DNA from: Octopus bimaculoides
Taxonomy: Eukaryota
Length of the DNA stretch: 57,527 nucleotides
Assembly: GCF_001194135.2 (NCBI RefSeq)
Contig: NC_068984.1
Coordinates: forward strand, 85,465,220 to 85,522,746
Direction: 5' to 3'
Shown here one piece after another: positions 35,253-47,789 of this stretch. Both the position numbers and the translations under genes were made by a program. The first letter of the stretch is position 1. The number at the start of each line of letters is the position of its first letter. The notes under the pieces are model-generated. The model was not told the DNA's origin and made no database searches. It worked only from the letters and a program-made list of their open reading frames with translations.

Positions 35253-37848
35253 ATGGGAGTGATGGTGGTGGGGTTCTAACCATAAAATGGTGAAATTATT
35301 TGGTATGGCATTCAATAAAATATAACAAATAATACCTGACGACATCATTCTACGTGATTTACCCGTTCTACGGCTAATAGCGACCATATTTCCCTGAAAT
35401 CACTTCGTAATTCCTATAAAAAGTGAAAACACGTGTGATGGAACAGCGATGGACATGCTATTACTGAAAAAATAGACACAGTGCTCTTAGTAGAAGCATG
35501 TTTGCTAGATAAGGGCTAAACTAGAATTAAACTACTTCTGCTTAACAACTCTGGCTTTCATTTTTCTTATTTTCTGCCTCAACCCATTTCTTGTTAAAGC
35601 CAACAAGTAACCTTATAGTCGTAAATAGCCGCCAAATACACCACCGTCTTAAAAACCAAAAAGACGAAAAGCACATTCCACAATGTAATTTTATGTATAC
35701 AAAGAAAAAAAAATAGATCGGTTATACCTGGAACACTTTTGATCATAGGTCTGCTCCAGTTACGATTTACTTTGAGCAAGGCCACAAAATATTCAGTTCG
35801 TGTATTTCGTTGTGAGATTGGGACCTACCGTCACGGAACGTGAAAATTGTCATACCGTCCGGCCTTTTACCGTCCCTTCGATCCAGCCCCGTTGGAACAA
35901 GACTAGCCCTTCAAGTTACAAATACAGTATACCCTATACTATAGGTTACTATAGAATATAGTAACCTAAAGTTCTACTTCACATTGGCTTCATACAGATA
36001 TTTGTAATAAAGAACAACACAAATGACACACTTGAGGACTAACACCAAAATCATATTGAACCTAAGATATGTAATGACACCTTCATATACTTACTCACCA
36101 ACCTCTATAACAACTCACTAAGTGCCCACCTGCTCAACATATCTATAACAACTCATACATCCGCCCACCTGCCCTACGAATCGAGTTACATCAACGATTT
36201 TCACTTCTCTTAACAACTCCTGCCTAACCATATATATATATATATATATATATATANNNNNNNNNNNNNNNNNNNNNNNNNNNNNNNNNNNNNNNNNNNN
36301 NNNNNNNNNNNNNNNNNNNNNNNNNNNNNNNNNNNNNNNNNNNNNNNNNNNNNNNNNNNNNNNNNNNNNNNNNNNNNNNNNNNNNNNNNNNNNNNNNNNN
36401 NNNNNNNNNNNNNNNNNNNNNNNNNNNNNNNNNNNNNNNNNNNNNNNNNNNNNNNNNNNNNNNNNNNNNNNNNNNNNNNNNNNNNNNNNNNNNNNNNNNN
36501 NNNNNNNNNNNNNNNNNNNNNNNNNNNNNNNNNNNNNNNNNNNNNNNNNNNNNNNNNNNNNNNNNNNNNNNNNNNNNNNNNNNNNNNNNNNNNNNNNNNN
36601 NNNNNNNNNNNNNNNNNNNNNNNNNNNNNNNNNNNNNNNNNNNNNNNNNNNNNNNNNNNNNNNNNNNNNNNNNNNNNNNNNNNNNNNNNNNNNNNNNNNN
36701 NNNNNNNNNNNNNNNNNNNNNNNNNNNNNNNNNNNNNNNNNNNNNNNNNNNNNNNNNNNNNNNNNNNNNNNNNNNNNNNNNNNNNNNNNNNNNNNNNNNN
36801 NNNNNNNNNNNNNNNNNNNNNNNNNNNNNNNNNNNNNNNNNNNNNNNNNNNNNNNNNNNNNNNNNNNNNNNNNNNNNNNNNNNNNNNNNAATGCGGTATT
36901 ATACGTACAACTCAAAGTAAGGTTGCTGCTAATGTAACTCAGAATATACTCTGAGTTACATTAGTAGCAACATAGGCTTTCTCCATCGTCTTGCTTTATT
37001 AGAGAATTTGAGTAAAATTATATTAATATGTCCAACTGATTAAACAAAATTCTATTTATTTATTTGTGCAACTGAGGATAGCCCTGCATTTAAATTGTTG
37101 TAATGATTGCATTGTTCAATTAAATCGAGCCGCTTGAAACGGTCGTACTGCATCACCTCTTGATATCCTGTTGCTTATTTTGATTATATATATAAACGTA
37201 AATTATATATATATAGCTCTCACTGGTCGGAGTGCTTTTTTTGTTGATTATTGTGCGAGTTTGATGTGTGCCGTTCAGTGGTTAGGACGTGATGTTGCAC
37301 AACTATATATTATAGCAACATAGCTTCTGCCCACTTAATATTAAATGTAGAAGTCAAACTTAACCTCTATAAATTGTATCAATATGAGCTATAGTAAGCT
37401 CATTCACGAAAAATTCATTCAAAAATACACACGTTATAGATCTAGAGACAAATAACTCCTCCACCACTTCTCAATATATCTAAAAATTGCTTAGTGAAAT
37501 TTATAACGTCCCTATGAGGTTTGAACTTTGTTGAATGTGCTACGCCATATTCAAATACTTAGTCGAGAAATATAACATCATATAATGCACCAGCACTCGT
37601 ATGTTAAAAGGAAAACAAAAACGGATCCTATCTGTATATAGACATATGAACGAAATGCCTCTGGAAAAGTTTCAGCTGCAGATTGGTTTCTATATTCGGC
37701 ACAACCGGATGAGATCAGTGAATATATGCACTGGAAATGCCATATCGTAGAAATTCTTCTCTGCATAAGGTTACTCAATATAGGGTGATATGTGAAATCC
37801 AAGGAAAATGTACAATTGGTTACTATCAACTTCGTCATCGGAGCATTG

Positions 37849-38409
37849 GGATCTTTTTTAAAACGGGGGCCACATTTTTCATTAATGTTTTACGTAGTGT
37901 TTTTGGTACCGAAAGACTTTCAAACTTCGTATACTTATCTATTTTGTGTTATAGAACAGAAAAATATTTTTGTATTCGAATTTATTTCATGTAAAAAATT
38001 GTCTTATTTCGATAATTTCAACCAATCACTGACAAGTATTCAGTTGTTTATATTTACTCCTTTGGCTGATTAAGCGGTGTAAAGCGTATTTAATTTCCAT
38101 AGCTTCGTTTTGCTTTTTTCTTTTTAAATTTGCTGTTTTACCCTAATCCTAACCCTATCACCGATAGAATTGTTTCAGAATCGTTTGTTTATGTAGTCGG
38201 CACTTAATGTATATCGGCTGAATGGACGTCAGTGATTGGTTGAAATTACAGAAATACGACAACTTTAACATGGAATAACTTAGGGATTTCTTTTTTTTTT
38301 TTAAGAAGACTAAGAGAAAAAGATGTTTTATATGACATATTCTACCAGTGTTCCAAGTTTCAAAGTGTTTCGTTAATGAAAAATGTGGCCCCCGTTTTAA
38401 AAAAGATCC
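37849..38409. mobile_element. 561-bp MITE, perfect 37-bp TIRs, perfect 8-bp TSD (Merlin-like termini)
   Basis: TIR GGATCTTTTTTAAAACGGGGGCCACATTTTTCATTAA at 37849-37885, with its exact reverse complement at 38373-38409. TSD GAGCATTG at 37841-48 and 38410-17. Superfamily is an inference from GG termini plus an 8-bp TSD. Confidence 0.93.
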
Positions 38410-39134
38410 GAGCATTGTCCTCATCCTGTACAAGTGACAAATGAGTGAACAACGGATAGATGACCAGATAGAATATGGTGGGTAAGATATAGAGATGGGG
38501 AATGTCTCTGAGGAAGAGACATTTACACGCGACCGTAGATGGTCACCAGTAAAATAGTGTATGAAAGAAAGTCAGAAAGGAAAAAGAAAAAGACAGAAAA
38601 CGAGAAGAACTAAAGAGAGAGAGACAGAAATAATTAGAAAAATAAAGTGAGAAATCTGTGTGTATTAACAGATTGGTCATAATGATACGAAGAGCCGATA
38701 TCGAAGGATCTAAAAGCGATGCCATACGCCAATAATTCCTGACACCTCTTGGAGGACGGAGATGGAGAGGAAATAGCATGACAGAAAAAGAGAGTGAGGA
38801 ATGAGAATGAGAATGGTATGGCTAAACGTTGAATGGTATTAACCTTTGCAATGAGAGAAAAACTGAAGCTTAATTTTTTTCTTTTCATTTATTTTTTAGT
38901 GAATTAGAATCATCAGAGGAAACTTGTTCCGACGTCTTGTGTTTGAGTTCAAATCACGCCAAAGTCAGCTTTACGTTTTATCCTTTTAAGATTGGTCGAG
39001 AGGAGTGCTGCAATGGGAGTAGTCATGCACTGCAATATTTATTTCGTTTTTTTTTTTTTTTTTTGTGGGGAATTTTTATTGATTTTGGGTGTAGAGTTCT
39101 AGAGTGACAAATTTATCCTTCGTTTGAGTTAACT

Positions 39135-39525
39135 CAGGGGTTCTCAACCACTTTTTATCTATAGACCTTTTGATTACTATTTTATTCTGGTGGACCCCAT
39201 ATCCATTCGATGCTTAAAAAAAAAACACTATCTTTATATAAAAAAAAAACTAGCTCTATAAAACCTATCTTTATAAAAACTTCTTTCAAAATTCCTACTT
39301 TGTTTTTCAAATATTCACCTGTATAAGTTGAACTATGTAAAACATTAGAGAAAGAAACCTGGCTGTTTCTTGCAATATATACCAATACATACGTCTAAAG
39401 CAAAATTCTTTCAAGGCCCCTTAAAATACTATTGTGAATCTCCAATTTACTATTTTACTGCGTGGATCTCCAGAAATCTAATATGGACCTTCAGGGGCTA
39501 TATGGACCCCTATTGAGAACCACTG
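39135..39525. mobile_element. hAT-type (Charlie-like termini) MITE, 391 bp
   Basis: TIRs CAGGGGTTCTCAA and TTGAGAACCACTG. 8-bp flanks AGTTAACT and AATTAACA match at 6/8. Second copy at 26535-27290. Confidence 0.88.
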
Positions 39526-40659
39526 AATTAACACCATCTCCTGGTCTTTGGGGCCATAAACGAGGCTCGTTATTGTAAGCATTCGGGATAACTATTCGGT
39601 TTGAAAATAACTTCCGATTCTCTCTCCGACAGTTTCAAAGGCCCTGTAACAATAAAATCATGAGTACTTCCCTCTCCACTTTGGCCAAACGGTGGGGGAA
39701 AGTTCATTGATTAATATTTATTAAATGTAGTAATGACAAAATCAACAGATCTGAAATATTATTTAATTAAATTCAGGAGAATACTTGCAAAGAGAACGTG
39801 GGAGCTTTAGATCGAGGAGTAATGTTTATTTACTCTGATATTTGATAAGCACGGTGATAACTTTGGACATCTTTCGGTCTTATAACAGCTCATCAGTGAA
39901 ACTTAACCTTTCCCAGTTTGTCAGATCTAATTATAGAGAATTATTTAGATACGCGAACATTCACGCTGTATGCGAGTTGGTGTGACAACTTAGCATGACG
40001 ACTGGAGTAAATTAGCGAAGAGAATGTAAGCTATAGGGTGAGAGAGGGAAGGAGAAAGAAAGAGAGGGCGAAGAAAGAGAGGGGGGAAGAAGGTACGTAA
40101 GAAAATAGGAGAAGAGCTGAAATGAAAAGAGACACATAAAAAGAAAATGAGAGAAGTGTAGTAAAAGAGAAGAGAAAGAGAGAGTAAGTGAATGAGTGAG
40201 TCAGAATTGAAACTAGATATATTAGATGTGAAACATATTAAAAGGTAACTATGTTGCGCGCGTGCGAGCGCGCATGTGTGTGTGTGTGTGTGTGCGCATG
40301 TGTGTATGTGCGTGTGTGTGTTTGTGTGTGTTTGTATGTATGTGTATAATCTTTCTTTCAAATACAATATTTATTAGTGCATATTTAACAACACTGTCTT
40401 AATACTCCCACGAACTACATGCCAATGGCCTGGTACAGCACGCGGTGGCGGCGGCCGTGCTGGTGGTGGCGGCGGCGAGGCGGCATCGGTCGTGGTGGCG
40501 GCGGTGGCGGTGGTGGCGGTGGAGGTGACGGTGGTGAAAGTGGCGTTGGTGAAACAAAACGAAAAAGAAGTTAAGATATACTATATAAACACACACACTC
40601 ACGGATACATACATACATGTATGTATGTATGTATGTATGTATGTATTATACCAAACAAA

Positions 40660-40790
40660 ATATGCTCAGCCCAGTGGTTATGGTGTTATGCTAATGGTCG
40701 TAAGGTTGTGGTTTCACTTGCTGAACCGAGTGACGCCTAGTGTTCTTGAGCAAGACACTTCATTTCACGTTGCTCCAGTTCACTCCTCCT
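40660..40790 (+). mobile_element. Degenerate tRNA/CORE-type SINE head
   Basis: GCCCAGTGGTTA (A box), GTGGTTTCACTT (decayed B box), CTTGAGCAAGACACTTCATTTCACGTTGCTCCAGTTCACTC (CORE-like). Confidence 0.7.
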
Positions 40791-41217
40791 GGGGTTAAAA
40801 ATAGCAGTAACGTCGGTTCCTATGGAACAGCCGTATTTAAATGGCGATAGATATTACTTCTCAGTATAGTTATTGCTTTCATCTCACATAGAGATTTTCT
40901 CATCTAGCTAATTTGCTTGTTGCAAGATCAGTGACTGTATGTCAATTATTTTCTATATATTCCTAGCTGGACTGAACTACTGGTATCTCCAGCAGATGAG
41001 TATCCGCTACCGAGGATGACCACAAAGAGGTCGAAACCGTACGGTCTGATGGTCTAGTGGTTAGAAGATGGTAGATGCTTGCAATACATATCGGGTGCAA
41101 GTTGCATCGAATAACCAGCTGAAGGGGGCATCTTCCTGAGGCTAAAAATAGCAGTAACGTCGGCCACTACGGAATAGCCATGTTTAAGTGGCAATAAACA
41201 TTACTTTTCGGTAATAA
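40791..41217. repeat. ~80-bp direct repeats (40791-40870, 41138-41217) bracketing a Penelope-like end motif
   Basis: TAAAAATAGCAGTAACGTCGG...GGAA.AGCC.T.TTTAA.TGGC.ATA.A.ATTACTT occurs twice. GATGACC...GGTCGAAACCGT lies between them at ~41015-41040. Confidence 0.75.
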
Positions 41218-42387
41218 TTTTTTTTTTTTTTTAATTCACTATTGTTTCTAAATTACGTTTCATTTTCTGTTGGAAAATAAAGGAAGTGGGTATTGTAATG
41301 GAGATCGACAATTTACATTTTTTATTTTTAAACTTCAAAGCTTTTCCTATTATTTGCAAGAGTCTCATGAGAAAACAAATTTGAAAACCCCCGTCACAAC
41401 AGAAGAAATCCGACTTATCTTATGTGGGTGTGCTATTCCGAAAGTCCGCCAAAGCATTGTATTGTGAAAATTTGCCGGCAATGACGGAATACTCAGCTAG
41501 TATATATATATATATATATNNNNNNNNNNNNNNNNNNNNNNNNNNNNNNNNNNNNNNNNNNNNNNNNNNNNNNNNNNNNNNNNNNNNNNNNNNNNNNNNN
41601 NNNNNNNNNNNNNNNNNNNNNNNNNNNNNNNNNNNNNNNNNNNNNNNNNNNNNNNNNNNNNNNNNNNNNNNNNNNNNNNNNNNNNNNNNNNNNNNNNNNN
41701 NNNNNNNNNNNNNNNNNNNNNNNNNNNNNNNNNNNNNNNNNNNNNNNNNNNNNNNNNNNNNNNNNNNNNNNNNNNNNNNNNNNNNNNNNNNNNNNNNNNN
41801 NNNNNNNNNNNNNNNNNNNNNNNNNNNNNNNNNNNNNNNNNNNNNNNNNNNNNNNNNNNNNNNNNNNNNNNNNNNNNNNNNNNNNNNNNNNNNNNNNNNN
41901 NNNNNNNNNNNNNNNNNNNNNNNNNNNNNNNNNNNNNNNNNNNNNNNNNNNNNNNNNNNNNNNNNNNNNNNNNNNNNNNNNNNNNNNNNNNNNNNNNNNN
42001 NNNNNNNNNNNNNNNNNNNNNNNNNNNNNNNNNNNNNNNNNNNNNNNNNNNNNNNNNNNNNNNNNNNNNNNNNNNNNNNNNNNNNNNNNNNNNNNNNNNN
42101 NNNNNNNNNNNNNNNNNNNNNNNNNNNNNNNNNNNNNNNNNNNNNNNNNNNNNNNNNNNNNNNNNNNNNNNNNNNNNNNNNNNNNNNNNNNNNNNNNNNN
42201 NNNNNNNNNNNNNNNNNNNNNNNNNNNNNNNNNNNNNNNNNNNNNNNNNNNNNNNNNNNNNNNNNNNNNNNNNNNNNNNNNNNNNNNNNNNNNNNNNNNN
42301 NNNNNNNNNNNNNNNNNNNNNNNNNNNNNNNNNNNNNNNNNNNNNNNNNNNNNNNNNNNNNNNNNNNNNNNNNNNNNNNNNNNNNNN

Positions 42388-42428
<41 letters not shown>

Positions 42429-42949
42429 TTTCAGCCATTGGACTGCAGCCATGCTGGAGAACTACCTTGAAGGATTCGTGTAATGGTTTCGAATGTTGGC
42501 AGAAGGCTCGCAATTCCATTGACTCAAGGGTTCAACAGGTACTTACTTTATCGACCCCGAAAGAATTAAATCTAAGCTAAGAGCAAAAAAAAATCATTTT
42601 CTCCGTTTTTTTCTTTTTTTTTTTAATTTTCTTTTTTTTTTCTTTTGTCTTTGTTGTCATACACATTAGCTTGCTTTCTTCCAAGATATTTAATGCTCTT
42701 AGCTTAGATTTTTGCGGTCAGCCAGATTTGAACAATCTCAAGTGTAAACGGCCGAAACCGTAAGGATAACCTGGAAACTTGACTGAGGAGAGAAGGCCAC
42801 GAATGGCCCACCTTTGTTGTTTTTCCTGTCCGTCTTCGTATCGTCTGTCTGTCCGGATGTTTCATTGTCGCCTGTTGCGTTCTTGTTCTATTTTTGGGGA
42901 TTTATATATGTGTGCGTGTGTGTGTCTGTGTGTGCGTGTGCGTATTTGT

Positions 42950-43150
42950 ATGTCTGTGTTTGTCCCTCCACCATCGCTTGACAACCGATGTTGGTGTGTT
43001 TACGTCCCCGTAACTTAGCGGCTCGGCAAAAAGTGACCGATAGAATAAGTACTAGGCTTACAAAGAATAACTCCTGGGGTCGATTTGTTCGACTAAAGTT
43101 GATGCTCCAGAAAAGCCGCAATCAAATGACAGAAACAAACGAATAAAAGA
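42950..43150 (+). mobile_element. Family B SINE 3' half
   Basis: Near-identical to 43620-43810. Confidence 0.9.
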
Positions 43151-43188
43151 ATACACACAGCCACACCTATACATGTATGTGCGTGTGT

Positions 43189-43275
<87 letters not shown>

Positions 43276-43391
43276 CACATATGCACACGCACACATGTAT
43301 TTGTATACAGCATAAGTACCACGATGAAATACTTTTGTATTATCTCGTATAGTTCAACTTGGCTAGTTTTATTTTTACCTTATCAACATAT

Positions 43392-43549
43392 GAGTGGCTG
43401 TGTGGTAAGTAGCTTGCTTACCAACCACATAGTTCCGGGTCCAGTCGCACTGCGTGGCACTTTGGGCAAGTGTCTTCTGCTATAGCCTCGGGCCGACCAA
43501 ATCCTTGTGAGTGGATTTGGTAGACGGAAACTGAAAGAAGCCCGTCGTA

Positions 43550-43624
<75 letters not shown>

Positions 43625-43833
43625 TTGTCCCCCCACCATCGCTTGACAACCGATGCTGGTGTGTTTACGTCCCCGTAACTTAGCGGTTCGGCAAAAAGTG
43701 ACTGATAGAATAAGTACTAGGCTTACAAAGAATAAGTCCTGGGGTCGATTTGCTCGACTAAAAGGCGGTACTCCAGCATGGCCGCAGTCAAATGACTGAA
43801 ACAAGTAAAAGAGTAAAAGAGTAAAAGAGTAAA
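43392..43833 (+). mobile_element. Full-length family B SINE with an internal (TA)n tract
   Basis: A box TGGCTGTGTGGTA, B box GGGTCCAGTCGC, CORE-like TTTGGGCAAGTGTCTT, (TA)n at ~43550-43615, tail (GTAAAAGA)x3. Confidence 0.95.
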
Positions 43834-44251
43834 TATGTGTGTAAGTATTTATTGAAGGATTGTGTGTCTGGGATTCTATGTTTGCATATGTATGTATTTG
43901 CATGTTACGATACCTGAATCGATACGGTCTGCATGTGTTTATGCTTGTGTGCATGTACACCTGGGAATGTGCTTCCCTCTATCTGAGTACAGGCCTTGTG
44001 TGTGCGTATCTATACATGCAAATGTCTTCGTATGCCTAGAGTGAGAGTGTGTCTATGTCGGTGTGACTGTGTTTGCGCGTATGTCTGTGTGGCTCTCTCT
44101 CTCTCTCTCTCTCTCTCTCCTTTCTCTCTCCCTCTCTCTCTCTTTCTCTTTCCGTCTCTCCTCTCTCACTCACTCTTTCTCTCTCCCTCTCTCTCTTTCT
44201 CTTTCCGTCTCTTTCTCACTCACTCACTCTTTCTCTCTCCCTCTCTCTCGC

Positions 44252-44301
<50 letters not shown>

Positions 44302-44554
44302 TATGAGTGTGTGTGGGTGAGAGAGAGAGAGAAAGAGAGAGAGAGGATGGCTATGTCTGCGCGTGAGTATATACCAATGTGATTATTGAAGTATGTGTCT
44401 ACGTGTGTCTGTATGGCAATATGTACGTGCAAATATATGTGTGATTGTCTCTTGATGCTTGTATGTGCAAGTGTGTGGATATGTATATATGAGTGTATAT
44501 TCCTTATGAGTGAGTGCCCACCTCCATCTGAGTGCCTACCTGTATGTGTATGTA

Positions 44555-44596
<42 letters not shown>

Positions 44597-45902
44597 TGTG
44601 TATGAGTGTAAGTGTGAGAATATGTGTATATATAGTCATATATGTGCATCTATATGTGTATGGAGTTCGTGTTTCTGTATGTTTGTGTGGGTGTGCCGAT
44701 ATATTATTGCTGCTCTTGTTGCTAGGGCAGTTATGCCTATAAATTGTTCGAACATATTGTGATTATTGCTATTGCTGCTACTGCTGCTACTGCTGCTGCT
44801 GTTGCCGTTGTAATTGTTGATGTTGTTGTTTTCCTTTGCTTTTATTAACAAAGTTAAACTTGTTGCAGGTTTATTCATATAAGATGAAATGGTCGAGCGG
44901 TTACAGAACTTTGCTTGCAAGCTTCTCTCCTCTTCAAAGCCTACATAGAAACCACTCTTCTCCCACTATTCACTCAACCATCTCTGCGTGTTTCTCTCTC
45001 AGTCTCTTTATCTATCTATCTCTACCCATGAGGACCGAGTTATTTTTATCTCATTCACTTATTCAATCTCAGTTGTAAACGGCTTTATAGAAAAGCTAAT
45101 AGAAAGATTTCACACTAAGATAAATTTAAGGTCAGCTCAATGAGTATGGTAACCGGGTAACAAAAAAATATTTCGTATTTAAAAGATTTTAGAAAGAAGT
45201 CAATGAGTGTGGCAAAGAAAAAAAAAACATTATTAAAAAAAGCAGTCTGTGTATCATACTTAAAGCAGATACATTACCGATGGCCTAATTAACTGCAGCA
45301 TTTGTATTAAGACAGCATCTCTTATAGACGTAAAAAGGTTAAAAAGCGCAAATATTTATACATCAGTTGTAGACGAAAATCGTCTGGCAGCGGAGATGGC
45401 ATTACTAAATGCGCATTTCTGCCTCCTTTGTCAGCAACAAGTATCTACTGACAATCATATGCTAAGATAAAATCTACCGTTGCTAATATTGTAAAACAGT
45501 AATTGAAAAAAAAAAACCCACTGATGTTGCAATTAACCGAAAGGCTAAATAAAGAATTCGTTATATGCAACAGAAACTGTATGAGTTTAAAATAGCATTC
45601 TATGAGTCATACTTAAAGCAGATACATTAGGATAGTGATACATTATATGTGTTATATTTGAATGTAAATAACACAGTAAAATAGTGAAATGTAATAAAAT
45701 GTATACAGATGTATGTTGAAGAAACGAACCCGATATATGTGTGCTTCTAGCAGGAATACACCAACAACGCCAGGATTATGCTTTGATTTCATCATGAGCT
45801 CGGCAGTCAAGTACGGTTCTTTAATATTCGCCTAGTTGTATTTTTGATATTTATAACTAAACTACTACTGAAGTAAGATAATTAGAGCTAAATACGATAT
45901 AG

Positions 45903-45951
<49 letters not shown>

Positions 45952-46550
45952 CGCGCGTATATATAATACAGAAGATGAAAAAACAGTTGAAATACCACCT
46001 GTGGAATTCAAATCCAGCATCTGTTGCAATCTGCATTAGCAATAGAGATAGAATGTTGAATACGGAATGCATTTGCGACAAGTAGTGTATGAACCTGCGC
46101 TGTTTGAAAATCTACTTGGCCAAGATGAAATTGTATGCCGTCGATGCAAGCACTAAACTGCACAAGGCTTAATCATGATTATGCGGAGGGGAGCTACCAC
46201 AAGAGCACAGTGACGTTCTCATCAACTCCTAAAGCTGAGACCGAATGTCACCTCTGAGACACTCTCAGTTATGACTCGAAGGAGCTAAGCCTGAGCCACT
46301 GTATATTCTCAATGAACTCACCTGCAATTAGATGGAAAGGAACTTTTCCATCTAATTGGAATTCTGGGAGATCTTGAAGGTTGTATAGGGAAAGGGTAAG
46401 GTGGTTTATCAATAGAGTTGAGTAGAAGGTTGTGAATTCAACTTCAGAGTGGACAAAGCTCAAGAATGGAAATATTACGGAATATTACGAATGATCGATA
46501 CTGCCGGTTCGAATTTTGAGTCGGCTTCTGTCATCAAGTGTATGTGTGTG

Positions 46551-46614
<64 letters not shown>

Positions 46615-47052
46615 TGCGTGTGCGTATGTAACTAAGTCATCGTACTGGAACCAACGTAACAGACTAAAACTCCTTGAGAAAGCGCTCTAGCATGGCCGCT
46701 GTCCTATCACCGAAACTAATATAAGATCAAAATATCAAAGAACATGATTTTAAAAATCATGAAAAAAGTAATCAAAATATTTTTCACTTCAATTACATTT
46801 TTATGATTACTTCATACATTAAATAAATATAATATTTGGCTCCAAAATTATTGCGAGAAGCTTAAGCTGTTCCTCCCGGTGAACAGCCGTTATCTGAACC
46901 GTGAAATGTGTCTTGATTTGGGTTAGATATGAAAATATTGATTCACTACAGCAGCAGATAGTCGAGGAACAAAAAAATAATAAATCATTCAACAGGTACA
47001 TTGAAGTAGACGTGGATATTCAACTGTATTTTTCCTGTTTCAATAAGAACTT

Positions 47053-47083
<31 letters not shown>

Positions 47084-47789
47084 TTTTTGCATAAATAAAA
47101 TTTTCAGAGTTTATTTTCAGAGAACTCATCAATTCTATCGGTAAGTCATAAGCTGTCTTGGTGACATCAACAGTATTCTTTCAGTTTGTGTTTTTTTTTT
47201 TAAATTGGCAAAACTTTTATTGTATTTCATTCTTTCTTCCTTCCTTGCTTTCTTTCTTTTTTCCTTTCTTTCTTTCTCTTTCTTTTTCCTGTTTTTTTAT
47301 TTTCAAAAATCACTGAAACTAAAACAGCTGTGTATTCTTCAATCGATTCACATCTCGTAGNNNNNNNNNNNNNNNNNNNNNNNNNNNNNNNNNNNNNNNN
47401 NNNNNNNNNNNNNNNNNNNNNNNNNNNNNNNNNNNNNNNNNNNNNNNNNNNNNNNNNNNNNNNNNNNNNNNNNNNNNNNNNNNNNNNNNNNNNNNNNNNN
47501 NNCACACACACTCACACACATATATTATTAAAGTATATAGTTTTATATATCCATTATCACCGATCTTACTAATTGGTTTCGCACAGGGTGTCAAACTGAA
47601 TGCCAGATAACACCACGGTTATATAATAATACCGCGCAATCGTCAGAGCTAGCAGGTTTGAAAAAAAAATTAGCGACTGTTCTCCGTTGTAGGAGGTGGA
47701 AAACTACAACCGGTTTGTGTATGCTGTGAAAAAAGACGAAATGAACTGAACTAGGATTAAATTAAGAGTTACTTCTCTTGGCACCAAAG

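Noticed and set aside
35336-35413. Minus-strand AG...CAG|GTATTA exon-like segment (58 or 78 nt)
   Set aside because: The longer version has stops in all three frames. The shorter has one open frame with no recognisable peptide.
40440-40555. GC-rich Gly/Ala-rich stretch resembling a coding low-complexity region
   Set aside because: It is a degenerate (GGC/GGT)n repeat with no stable frame, start or splice context.
46375-46440. Two let-7-like strings (AGGTTGTATAG; TGAGTAGAAGGTTGTG)
   Set aside because: The seed TGAGGTAG is absent and there is no supporting hairpin; most likely coincidence.
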